Of a stretch of 53,550 nt of DNA, positions 39,262-48,193 are shown piece by piece. Below the pieces are notes generated by a model that worked only from the letters and a program-made list of their open reading frames with translations, did no database searches and was not told the origin of the DNA. How positions within the stretch are numbered: position 1 is the first letter of the stretch; each line of letters starts with the position of its first letter. The stretch comes from an uncultured Clostridium sp. (GTDB taxonomy: Bacteria; Bacillota; Clostridia; Oscillospirales; Acutalibacteraceae). Both the position numbers and the translations under genes were made by a program. The DNA lies in contig CAYLOD010000001.1 of the NCBI GenBank assembly GCA_964385235.1, positions 12,320-65,869 on the forward strand, given 5' to 3'.

Positions 39262-39621
39262 GTCATTGTATGGCCACGGATCAATTTTGCAACTTTGGGC
39301 CGTCCGCTTTTAAATAATTTTTTCTGAAATTAATTCATTTTACAGTGATAAAACATTGTTTTATTAAAATTTCAGCATACAAAATACACCGATAAAATCA
39401 CTGAAATAATTAACTTTTGAGAATTGATTTTAATAATCAAATAAATTATTCACCGAGAACAGAAAAATCCTCAAATAAATCTTAAAATCAACCGGAACGC
39501 AAAAATCCCGGAAAAGCAATTAAATCCCTGAAATTCATTAAAATTTGTCAAAGGGAATTACCGGCATAATCATTTCATATTTACATTTTCGGGTCTGCCG
39601 AAAATGTTGCCATAAAATCAC

Positions 39622-39659
39622 AAAAGCCGACGAAATCAGCTTTCGTCGGCTTTTATTTT
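39622..39659 (-). terminator. Intrinsic terminator after ftsZ
   Basis: Perfect AAAAGCCGACGAAA/TTTCGTCGGCTTTT inverted repeat. Confidence 0.85.
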
Positions 39660-39670
39660 ATATTAATAAA

Positions 39671-40918
39671 TTACCTGTTGAATATTGACATTATATCGTA
39701 GAATGAATCGTCGTCATCATTGGGAATTGCATCTGACTGCTGAGAGGCGTTCTGTTGTTTTTGCGGTTTTTCCTGCTGTGCAGACGCCGCAGTCTGAGAA
39801 GGTCTTTGCGTCTTGGTCTGATTAAAGTTTTGCTGCGCGGGATTGTCGGGTTGTACGGACTCCGCCGTCTTTTGTCTCGGATCACCCGGCGTCGCACCGA
39901 GCTGATACGGAGCCTTGCTGCTTACGGGAGCTGTACCCGTGGGCCTTACATTATAATCCTCCGTCGTCGGGAAACCGGTAGCGATAACAGTAACGCTGAT
40001 CTCGTCCTCCATATCGTCGCTGAACGCCGCGCCCCATATGATGTTCGCGTCCTCGTCAGCCTGTTCGGATATCATAGAGGAGGCGGTCTGTATCTCGTCA
40101 AGTCCTATATCCGGAGAAGATGTGATGTTTATGATAACACCCTTGGCGCCGTCGATAGCAGTTTCAAGGAGCGGACTTGAGATAGCGTTAGTAGCCGCCA
40201 CTTTCGCCTTATCCTTGCCGGATGCTCTGCCGACGCCCATATGGGCATAGCCCGCGTCCTTCATTACTGCCGTAACGTCCGCAAAGTCAAGGTTGACGAT
40301 ACCGGGAAGAAGAATAAGATCGGAAATACTCTGTACGCCCTGACGGAGAACATCATCGGCGGCCGCAAAAGCATTCTGCAGAGTGATGGCCTCCTCGCTC
40401 ACATATTTAAGTCTTTCGTTAGGGATAACAACGAGAGAATCAACCTGCTCTCTGAGAGCGGCTATACCCTGCTCAGCCTGAATCATTCTGCGCTTGCCCT
40501 CAAACTGGAACGGCTTTGTGACGATACCGATAGTGAGAATGCCGAGTTCTCTCGCGACCTCAGCTACTACAGGAGCGGCGCCTGTGCCTGTACCGCCGCC
40601 CATTCCGGCGGTAATGAATACCATATCTGTATCTTTGAGAGCGTCCGCAATCTCATCTCTGCTCTCCTCAGCCGCCTTTTGACCGACAGCGGGCATGGAG
40701 CCCGCGCCCTTGCCGTGAGTAATCTTTTCACCTATTTGGATCTTTTGTGTTGCCTTTGAGCGGCCGAGCGCCTGATGATCTGTATTGATGGTAATAAACT
40801 CAACACAGCTTACGCCGTCGTTGACCATGCGGTCAACAGCGTTTCCGCCGCCGCCGCCGACACCAATGACCTTTATATGCACTACATTGTTCATTTCTTC
40901 TTCAAACTCGTAAGGCAT
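39671..40918 (-). CDS. ftsZ: Cell division protein FtsZ
   Basis: [29 protein letters not shown]; ATG 40918 after GGGGAGG. Confidence 0.98.
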   Translation of the reverse strand: MPYEFEEEMNNVVHIKVIGVGGGGGNAVDRMVNDGVSCVEFITINTDHQALGRSKATQKIQIGEKITHGKGAGSMPAVGQKAAEESRDEIADALKDTDMVFITAGMGGGTGTGAAPVVAEVARELGILTIGIVTKPFQFEGKRRMIQAEQGIAALREQVDSLVVIPNERLKYVSEEAITLQNAFAAADDVLRQGVQSISDLILLPGIVNLDFADVTAVMKDAGYAHMGVGRASGKDKAKVAATNAISSPLLETAIDGAKGVIINITSSPDIGLDEIQTASSMISEQADEDANIIWGAAFSDDMEDEISVTVIATGFPTTEDYNVRPTGTAPVSSKAPYQLGATPGDPRQKTAESVQPDNPAQQNFNQTKTQRPSQTAASAQQEKPQKQQNASQQSDAIPNDDDDSFYDIMSIFNR

Positions 40919-41140
40919 TTTTATGTTCCTCCCCATTCGACATCATATATTTCTCTGCGACGATTTTCGCTCAACAATCTAATATATAATTTACCACCAT
41001 TTTAAAAAAATTTCAATATAATTACGTTATTTTATATATCTTTGTGAATGATATATTTTTAGACGCATCATTTTTGTATATTTCCACTATGTTAAGCGAT
41101 AATTTTACAACTACAGCAAGCTGAATCGCCATATCTGCCG

Positions 41141-42487
41141 TCAGTCTTCCGGGGCGCCCGAAGGATCGTAGTAGGAATATTTTCCTCCCTCGGCGCACAT
41201 AGAAACATCGACAGTACCCTTGCTGTCATTTTCAAGCTTTTCCTCGATAAGGATCTTTGCTGTCTTAATCTTATAATCAATATTTTCAGGCATACCGATA
41301 ATTATAGTAAGCCGCTTGTCATAGCTTAGCTTTATGTTTGACGGATTCGTCACATCTATAGTTGAAACATTTTTTATCTCGTTGTTTTTGAGCGTTTCGG
41401 TAATATAGTTGATAATATCATTCATGCCCTGAAGCTTATACTCTATCATCGCGGAAAGTTCCGTCTTTTTCAGCTCCGCGCCTTTAATTAGCGGCACCTT
41501 ATATTTATTGGTATCAAGTATTTCTATAATCTTACCGCTTTCACTCAAAATATAAAACTTTCCGTTTGTTTCTATAGCTGTTGTCGGTTTGGCCTCCTCG
41601 ACAAAGATCGTTACCGAATTAAACGGGTTTTTCCTTATGCTCACATTTTCGATATAGGGAAACTTCTTTTTAATAACGTCTATGCCCGAATCGGTATCGC
41701 ACAGAAGCATATTCGTCCCTATCGTGATACCGCTGGCGTCAGCTATTTCGTTGCTTGAATAACGCGTTTTTCCCTCAACCGATATGGAATCTATCTTAAA
41801 GAACACCGTCAGGCAGAGAACAGCCGCTATAAGCAAAATAATCAAAACCATAGAGCTGTACAGCGCAAAAATTTTTCTCCTCCTTTTTTTTGCGGAAAAA
41901 GGCTTTGCGGGCTTTTTCGCCTTTTCCTTTTGGGGGCTTTCATCTGCCTCAGGCACAGCGAACGCTTCAAATTGTGATCCGCTTTCTTTTTTCGGGGTAT
42001 TATCATCTGTTTGTTTTACATCATTTTGTACGGACGTTACGCCGTTTTTCCCCTTCGCCGGCTCATGGATTTGCTTTTTCTTTTCTGAAATATTATGCTC
42101 ATTATGCGGTTTATTATGATTATTGTTTTGACCCTGACGCGGCTTATTTCCGTCAGGAGATTTCTTCCGTACGGGCTGCTGACTGTTTTGTTTTTTACCC
42201 TCCTCGGATTTTCCCGACGGCTGACCGTTCACACTTTTTTTCTGCTGTGCTTTTGGGCTTTTTTCATCTGTGTCCTGCCGGGGGTTTTTTTTAGGTCTTT
42301 GGCTCCCGTTTGACGGTTTCCTCATTCTTTGTTCACTTTCCGACCTCGTGCGGATCTCCCGGTAGCTCATAGAAGGAGTGGAATCATTATGAGCGGTGCT
42401 TTTCTTTTGCTGCTTTTCGCGCTCAAAAGATTTATCATTCGCTTTTTTTTCGTCCATGCTTTGATTCATTCCTTTCACTGCCGACAT
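41141..42487 (-). CDS. FtsQ/DivIB-type POTRA protein with long disordered N-terminus
   Basis: KKRRRK, one TM, FKIDSISVEG...FPYIENVSI...VTIFVEE POTRA; directly before ftsZ. Confidence 0.82.
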   Translation of the reverse strand: MSAVKGMNQSMDEKKANDKSFEREKQQKKSTAHNDSTPSMSYREIRTRSESEQRMRKPSNGSQRPKKNPRQDTDEKSPKAQQKKSVNGQPSGKSEEGKKQNSQQPVRKKSPDGNKPRQGQNNNHNKPHNEHNISEKKKQIHEPAKGKNGVTSVQNDVKQTDDNTPKKESGSQFEAFAVPEADESPQKEKAKKPAKPFSAKKRRRKIFALYSSMVLIILLIAAVLCLTVFFKIDSISVEGKTRYSSNEIADASGITIGTNMLLCDTDSGIDVIKKKFPYIENVSIRKNPFNSVTIFVEEAKPTTAIETNGKFYILSESGKIIEILDTNKYKVPLIKGAELKKTELSAMIEYKLQGMNDIINYITETLKNNEIKNVSTIDVTNPSNIKLSYDKRLTIIIGMPENIDYKIKTAKILIEEKLENDSKGTVDVSMCAEGGKYSYYDPSGAPED

Positions 42488-43740
42488 TAAACTCTTTTTA
42501 TTTTTGCACCCATTGACGACAGTTTGCCCTCAATGTCTTCATACCCTCTGTCGATATGATGTATGGACGATATCTCCGTCCTGCCCTCCGCCGCGAGAGC
42601 CGCTACAATAAGCGCCGCCCCTCCGCGCAGGTCTGTAGAATCCACGCTCGCGCCCGACAAGCTGTTCACGCCTTCAACAACAGCAACTCTGTCCTCTATC
42701 TTAATATTCGCGCCCATACGCCGGAGTTCGTCAACGTGTCTGTATCTCCCCGAAAAAACAGTTTCGACAAATATGCTCGTTCCTCTGCAGACAGACGCCG
42801 CCGCCATAACTATCGCCTGAGCGTCCGTCGGGAAACCGGGATAAGGCATAGTCCTTATGTAGTCCGCTGACTCAAGACGCTCCGGCGCGGCTATAGAAAT
42901 GACACTGTCGCGCGCGTCTATGCTGCAGCCCATTCTCTCAAAAACGGGAGTGACCGCGCGCAGATGCTCGGGAACAGCTCCCGATAATTCCGCCGAACCG
43001 CCTGAAACAGCTATGGCAGACATATATGTTACAGCCTCGATCCTGTCGGGTATTATTCTGTGATATGTACCGTCAAGGCGTTCGACGCCCTCTATTGTGA
43101 TCGTGCTCTCCCCCGCTCCTCGAATTTTCGCACCGCAGTCCGTGAGAAAATTCACGAGATCTGTTATTTCAGGCTCACGCGCGGCGTTTGTTATAACTGT
43201 CGTTCCTTGAGCGGTTACCGCGGCGAGAATTATATTCTCGGTCGCGCCGACACTCGGAAACGGAAGCGAGATCATTGTCCCTTTCAGTTTACCACGAACA
43301 GTGCAATCAATCAAGCCATGATTTTCCGAAATGGTCACACCCATCTGTCTGAACGCGGAAATATGGAGATCTATCGGGCGCGGTCCAATCTCACAGCCGC
43401 CGGGCAGCGAAACGGACGCCCGCCCCGTTTTAGCGATCAGCGCCCCGAGGAAAATTATCGACGAACGCATTTCACGCATAAGACTCTCGGGAATATCATA
43501 CCTTGATATGCCGCCCTCGCCGATTATAACGCAGTTATCCTCACGTCGGACACTGCGGCCGAGATACCTTATAATATCCATCGAGGCGTCGCAGTCCGAA
43601 AGGCGCGGGCAGTTATCGATACAGCATTCGCCCTCGCAGAGAATGGTCGCCGCAAGTATCGGCAGAGCGCTGTTCTTGGCTCCCTGCAGCTTAACGCAGC
43701 CGTCAAGCGGGATACCGCCGTCTATAACCAGCTTTTTCAC
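42487..43740 (-). CDS. murA: UDP-N-acetylglucosamine 1-carboxyvinyltransferase
   Basis: GAKNSALP, LPGGCEIGPRP, SVGATEN, PGFPTD, HIDRGYE; probable GTG start 43740 (frame open to 43758). Confidence 0.95.
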   Translation of the reverse strand: MKKLVIDGGIPLDGCVKLQGAKNSALPILAATILCEGECCIDNCPRLSDCDASMDIIRYLGRSVRREDNCVIIGEGGISRYDIPESLMREMRSSIIFLGALIAKTGRASVSLPGGCEIGPRPIDLHISAFRQMGVTISENHGLIDCTVRGKLKGTMISLPFPSVGATENIILAAVTAQGTTVITNAAREPEITDLVNFLTDCGAKIRGAGESTITIEGVERLDGTYHRIIPDRIEAVTYMSAIAVSGGSAELSGAVPEHLRAVTPVFERMGCSIDARDSVISIAAPERLESADYIRTMPYPGFPTDAQAIVMAAASVCRGTSIFVETVFSGRYRHVDELRRMGANIKIEDRVAVVEGVNSLSGASVDSTDLRGGAALIVAALAAEGRTEISSIHHIDRGYEDIEGKLSSMGAKIKRV

Positions 43741-43854
43741 AATCAACACCCTTTTCATAAGAAATAGCTTTACAACTATATACTATGTGGATAATTGATT
43801 TGAAGTGACTGTTCAGCGCACATTTCAGCAAAAATATCATATAAAATTACATTA

Positions 43855-44997
43855 TTAAGCTTTATTTTTCCCGACCCTTGCCGTCGAAAGCACCTCTACA
43901 ATGACAGAATATATCCTTTTCGCGGCGTCGGTTATAGCCATTGCTTTCGCGTTTCCGGCAAATTCCGCAAGGCGTTTGCTGTCTGAGGCGAGCTTATCGA
44001 TTTCTGACGTAAGCCTCTCCGGCGTGAGCTCACTCTCCTCTATAACTACCGCGGCATTCTTCTTCGCAAGCGCCATGGCATTGTGATACTGATGATTCTC
44101 CGCGACATTGGGCGAAGGGATCAATATTGACGGCTTGCCCTGAGCCTGAATCTCGCTCAGTGTTATCGCGCCCGCTCTCGCTATGACGAGATCCGCCGCC
44201 GCAAGACAGGTAGGCATATTGTTAATATATTCCCTTATGTCAAGGTTTGATGCCTTGTCGAGATCCACGCCCTTTTCTTTCAAAAGGTCGGGAAACCAGC
44301 CTCCGTATTGACCGTAAGCGTGAATATGCTGATACCTGCCGTCATTTGCGCTTCTCGCTATTATTTCGGCAAGGGATTCGTTTATGATCCTCGCGCCGAG
44401 GCTGCCCCCGAACGAGAGAATTACAGGCCGGCTGTCAAGACCAAGCTCCCGCCGGGCTTTTTCCCTGTCCGCCGTAAGTATCTCTCCTCTGACGGGATTG
44501 CCCGTAGTGACAACAGCACAACCCTTTTTGAGATACTCCCTCGCGCTCGGAACGGCAAGCATAACACGGTCAACGTGCTTTGAAAGCATTTTTGTCGTGA
44601 CGCCGGGAAAAGCGTTCTGCTCATGTATTACAGTCGGTATGCCCATCTTTGCGGCGGTTCTTATCACGGGGCCGCTTACATATCCGCCCGTCCCCACACA
44701 AATATCGGGCTGAAACTCGGCAAGGATAACCTTCGCTTCCCTGCTCGCGGTAACAGCCTTTTTAACGGTTACAATATTTTTCTTGATTCCGGCGGGATTC
44801 AGTTTCCTTGAAAAGCCTTGAATCGAAATTGATTTAAAGTCATAACCCGCCTGCGGGACAAGCCTTTCCTCCATGCCGCCCCTGTTTCCGATATAGAGAA
44901 TTTCCGCGTCGGGCTGACGGCTCTTTACATATCCCGCGATAGCGAGCGCGGGATTGATATGTCCGGCAGTACCTCCGCCCGCAAAAACTATTTTCAA
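43855..44997 (-). CDS. murG: Lipid II GlcNAc transferase MurG
   Basis: GGGTAGHINP, GTGGYVSGP, HEQN, GNPVR, GGSLGA, HQYHNA. Confidence 0.96.
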   Translation of the reverse strand: MKIVFAGGGTAGHINPALAIAGYVKSRQPDAEILYIGNRGGMEERLVPQAGYDFKSISIQGFSRKLNPAGIKKNIVTVKKAVTASREAKVILAEFQPDICVGTGGYVSGPVIRTAAKMGIPTVIHEQNAFPGVTTKMLSKHVDRVMLAVPSAREYLKKGCAVVTTGNPVRGEILTADREKARRELGLDSRPVILSFGGSLGARIINESLAEIIARSANDGRYQHIHAYGQYGGWFPDLLKEKGVDLDKASNLDIREYINNMPTCLAAADLVIARAGAITLSEIQAQGKPSILIPSPNVAENHQYHNAMALAKKNAAVVIEESELTPERLTSEIDKLASDSKRLAEFAGNAKAMAITDAAKRIYSVIVEVLSTARVGKNKA

Positions 44998-45119
44998 GCT
45001 TCACCACTCCTAAAAATCAGGTAAGCGGCGGAACATCTCCGCCCGCAAACCGCTAATAAAGCGAAATATCATATTTAATTAAGAGCTTGCCTCGTTAGAA
45101 TCTGCTCCCGCATAAGACA

Positions 45120-45194
45120 GGAGCCCGGCGGGACGGAGCCCAACGGGACGGAGCCCGGCGGGACGGAGCCCAACGGGACGGAGCCCGGCGGGAT
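45120..45194. repeat. Tandem array of five 15-bp units GGAGCCC(GG/AA)CGGGAC
   Basis: Units start at 45120, 45135, 45150, 45165, 45180, alternating GG and AA variants (last unit ends GGGAT). Confidence 0.95.
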
Positions 45195-45227
45195 ACATTT
45201 TACACAAATTATACCGGGGCTGATCCG

Positions 45228-46475
45228 CTATGTTTTTTCTATGTTGGCGGTTCTTGAGATCGAGAGTACTATACCCATCTGCGCTAAAAGCATTATCAAT
45301 GACGAACCGCCGTAGCTGAAGAACGGCAGGCTGATGCCTGTGTTCGGAAGCATATCTGTTATAACCATTATGTTCAGAACAACCTGAAGCCCTATCTGCG
45401 CCGTAAATCCTATACCCAGAAGCGAGCCGAACCTATCCTTAGCGCGCATAGAGATGGTAATACCTCTCCATACGAGGAGCGCGAAAATAAGTAAAATAAT
45501 CAATGCTCCTATAAAGCCAAGCTCCTCACAGACGACAGCGAAAACAAAGTCATTCTGAGCAGCAGGCAGATACAGGTGCTTTTGCCTTGACTGTCCGAGA
45601 CCTAAGCCCCAAAAGCCGCCCGAACCGATGGCATACAACGAATTTCTCGTTTGATATGTTTCATTCCACTGCTGTTCGTTGACATAATCAAGAGCATGAC
45701 CCCAGCCTCCGATTCTGTCAATAGCATATCCAAGATTGTCCGTGGCTATAAGGACAAGAACAATACCTAAGATAATGCCTCCCGCTGCGACAAACCAGCG
45801 GATCTTTACTCCGCTGAGGTACATCATAATCACAGCGAGCGCGAAAATAATTACTATGCCCGAATAATGCGGCTCAAGAATCATAAGACCGATCGTTATG
45901 CTGAGAATGATTATTCCCGGCAGAACGCCGACCTTGAATGTTCCCATCTCATTTATATGTACCGAGCCCCAGTGAGCGAAAAATATAATTATCGCAAGCT
46001 TAGATATTTCCGACGCCTGTATACTGAAAATGCCGAGCGGGAGCCATCTGTGAACTCCCGTCGACGACGGTATAAACAAAACCACCGTCAACAGTATAAA
46101 TGACAGAATCAGTATCGGAAACGCAAGCTTGTGCAGGTGGTGATAATCGAAGTATGAAAGGAAAAACATAAATATTATGCCTACACCTGCGAAGATAGCC
46201 TGCTTAACAAGATAATAGTAGCTGTCGCCCTCATTGAAATACGCGGCAGGGTAGCTTGCGGAAAACATCATTACAAGACCTATAAAAAGAAGTGCTATGA
46301 CAAGAAAAAGAAACGGCATATCAAGACCAAGACGAACCGAAAACGCCTTGAGTTTCTTCTTTACCTTTTTGGGATGAGAAGCACGCGGTTTTGGTTCAGC
46401 TATAATATCGCCGTATTCTCTATCGTTCGCACGCACATTTGAATTTTGATTTGGCAAAAAAGCACTTCCTTTCAT
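45228..46475 (-). CDS. ftsW: FtsW/SpoVE SEDS glycosyltransferase
   Basis: QASEISK, GSGGFWGLGLGQSRQK, DFVFAVVCEELG, PNTGISLPFFSYGGSS. Confidence 0.92.
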   Translation of the reverse strand: MKGSAFLPNQNSNVRANDREYGDIIAEPKPRASHPKKVKKKLKAFSVRLGLDMPFLFLVIALLFIGLVMMFSASYPAAYFNEGDSYYYLVKQAIFAGVGIIFMFFLSYFDYHHLHKLAFPILILSFILLTVVLFIPSSTGVHRWLPLGIFSIQASEISKLAIIIFFAHWGSVHINEMGTFKVGVLPGIIILSITIGLMILEPHYSGIVIIFALAVIMMYLSGVKIRWFVAAGGIILGIVLVLIATDNLGYAIDRIGGWGHALDYVNEQQWNETYQTRNSLYAIGSGGFWGLGLGQSRQKHLYLPAAQNDFVFAVVCEELGFIGALIILLIFALLVWRGITISMRAKDRFGSLLGIGFTAQIGLQVVLNIMVITDMLPNTGISLPFFSYGGSSLIMLLAQMGIVLSISRTANIEKT

Positions 46476-46500
46476 AAATCAGAGCTTTATTTTGTCGGCA

Positions 46501-47514
46501 TCACCTGCATTGAGAAAGAACAAATGCACCTATTCCGCCTAAAATAGATACAAAGGAAAACACAATTACGATTTTTACCTCCGACCAGCCGCACATTTCA
46601 AAATGGTGGTGTATCGGGGCCATCTTGAGCAGACGCTTTCCGTGAGTCGTCTTGAAATACAGTACCTGAAAAATGTCGGAAAACATCTCTATAATATACA
46701 CTATTCCAATAGGAATGAGCAGTATAGGCATATCCATGCCAAAGGTCAGAGCGCAGAGCACGCCGCCCAAAAACAACGAGCCTGTATCGCCCATGAACAC
46801 CTTTGCAGGGTAAAAATTCCAAAGTAAAAAGCCAAGACACCCGCCCGCGGCGGCGGCGGAAAAAATACTTATACCAATATATCCGCAGAAACTCGATATG
46901 ATCATGCAGAAAATCGCCGCGAAAAACGTTACCGAACCGCAAAGGCCGTCAATCCCGTCCGTGAGGTTAACAGCGTTTACCATTCCGACGATAAGTATAG
47001 CCGCAAGCGGCCAATAGAAAATCCCTATGTCAACCATACCGAAAAACGGTATAAAAGTCACGCTTGTGCCTCCGCTAAGATATATGGAAAGAAGATATGC
47101 TATAGCTACTATAAATTGAAGCAGGAGCTTTTGACTTGCCTTCAGCCCGAGGTTGCGCTTTTTTACAGCCTTAATATAATCGTCAATAAACCCTATCGCG
47201 CCAAAGGACGCGGCCATTATAAGTCCCGCGAATATTTTTATTGAAGCAAGCTGAGTTTCGGCAGGTACGTCGCCGCTGCCTGAAAACGAATAATACAACA
47301 GGACGCAGGCGGTCGTTGAAATTATTGTTCCGGCAATAAACATAAATCCGCCCATCAAGGGAGTACCCTGCTTGCTTTGATGCCATTTGGGGCCTATATC
47401 AAGTATCGTGGAACCAAAATGCACCTTCCTGAGAAACGGAACCAGCCAGATGCCCATGACAGCCGATATTCCAAAAGCCGCCACCGCAGAAATAACGGTC
47501 CACATTCCTATCAT
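46501..47514 (-). CDS. mraY: Phospho-N-acetylmuramoyl-pentapeptide transferase
   Basis: KQGTPLMGG, GFIDDY, NAVNLTDGIDGL, FMGDTGS, MAPIHHHFE. Confidence 0.96.
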   Translation of the reverse strand: MIGMWTVISAVAAFGISAVMGIWLVPFLRKVHFGSTILDIGPKWHQSKQGTPLMGGFMFIAGTIISTTACVLLYYSFSGSGDVPAETQLASIKIFAGLIMAASFGAIGFIDDYIKAVKKRNLGLKASQKLLLQFIVAIAYLLSIYLSGGTSVTFIPFFGMVDIGIFYWPLAAILIVGMVNAVNLTDGIDGLCGSVTFFAAIFCMIISSFCGYIGISIFSAAAAGGCLGFLLWNFYPAKVFMGDTGSLFLGGVLCALTFGMDMPILLIPIGIVYIIEMFSDIFQVLYFKTTHGKRLLKMAPIHHHFEMCGWSEVKIVIVFSFVSILGGIGAFVLSQCR

Positions 47515-47559
47515 TATTATTCCACCCTTCAAAATTTTGCTTTTCTCTGTATCAATACG

Positions 47560-48171
47560 TCAAAGCTGATTTATTACACCGAGAACCGAGGCAAGGGGTA
47601 CCCCCATGGCTATAAGCGCAGATGACACGGCAAGAACAAGCTCAACCGAAAATCCGCTTGCCTTTGAAAACCTCGCGCGGCCGATAACTCCTGTTCCGAG
47701 AAGTTCAAAAACTGTTCTGTCCTCCTGCAGGTTGATATTTTTCGCTATCAGATCAGCCTCATTATCATCTATTGAATAGAAAATAATGTTTCCGTTTTCC
47801 TTGTTCACGCTCCCGTTTAACGAATATGGCAGAACCGCGTTTTTGAACCTTTGAAAGTTTTTTTCGTCAACGCTTTCAACATTGCCGACGATCAGCGCTG
47901 TTTCAAGCGAAAACTTATCACTCAGCTTTATATTTAAAAATTCAGTATCCAGCACAACAAAGTCGCACACATCACCCGCGGTATTTATGGCTTCCTCACA
48001 TGCCGGCTCGTCAAGGCTTAACTGTGAAGCTCTATAGCCGCAGTCACGCAGAATCCTTGTGAGAAGCTGTGCGGCGCCTTTAGACTCTTTTCCCGAAACA
48101 GCTATGAGCTTTACTCTCTTATTAATAACGGCAGTAGATCTCATTTCACTCATCTGAATATAGCACCTCAC
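47560..48171 (-). CDS. Truncated, degenerate Mur-ligase-like protein
   Basis: KLIAVSGKESKG aligns by eye with the Mur P-loop region; ADLIAKNI and ALIAMGVPL resemble the Mur central-domain end; located between pbp and mraY. Confidence 0.55.
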   Translation of the reverse strand: MRCYIQMSEMRSTAVINKRVKLIAVSGKESKGAAQLLTRILRDCGYRASQLSLDEPACEEAINTAGDVCDFVVLDTEFLNIKLSDKFSLETALIVGNVESVDEKNFQRFKNAVLPYSLNGSVNKENGNIIFYSIDDNEADLIAKNINLQEDRTVFELLGTGVIGRARFSKASGFSVELVLAVSSALIAMGVPLASVLGVINQL

Positions 48172-48193
48172 ATTTCACGCCATAGTGTTACGT

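Noticed and set aside
39300-39620. Recurring AAATC/CTGAAAT words at roughly 19-nt spacing between the tyrS promoter and ftsZ terminator
   Set aside because: Too degenerate to distinguish from AT-rich background by eye
45120-45194. Possible mini-CRISPR array
   Set aside because: Contiguous 15-bp units without unique spacers; no cas genes
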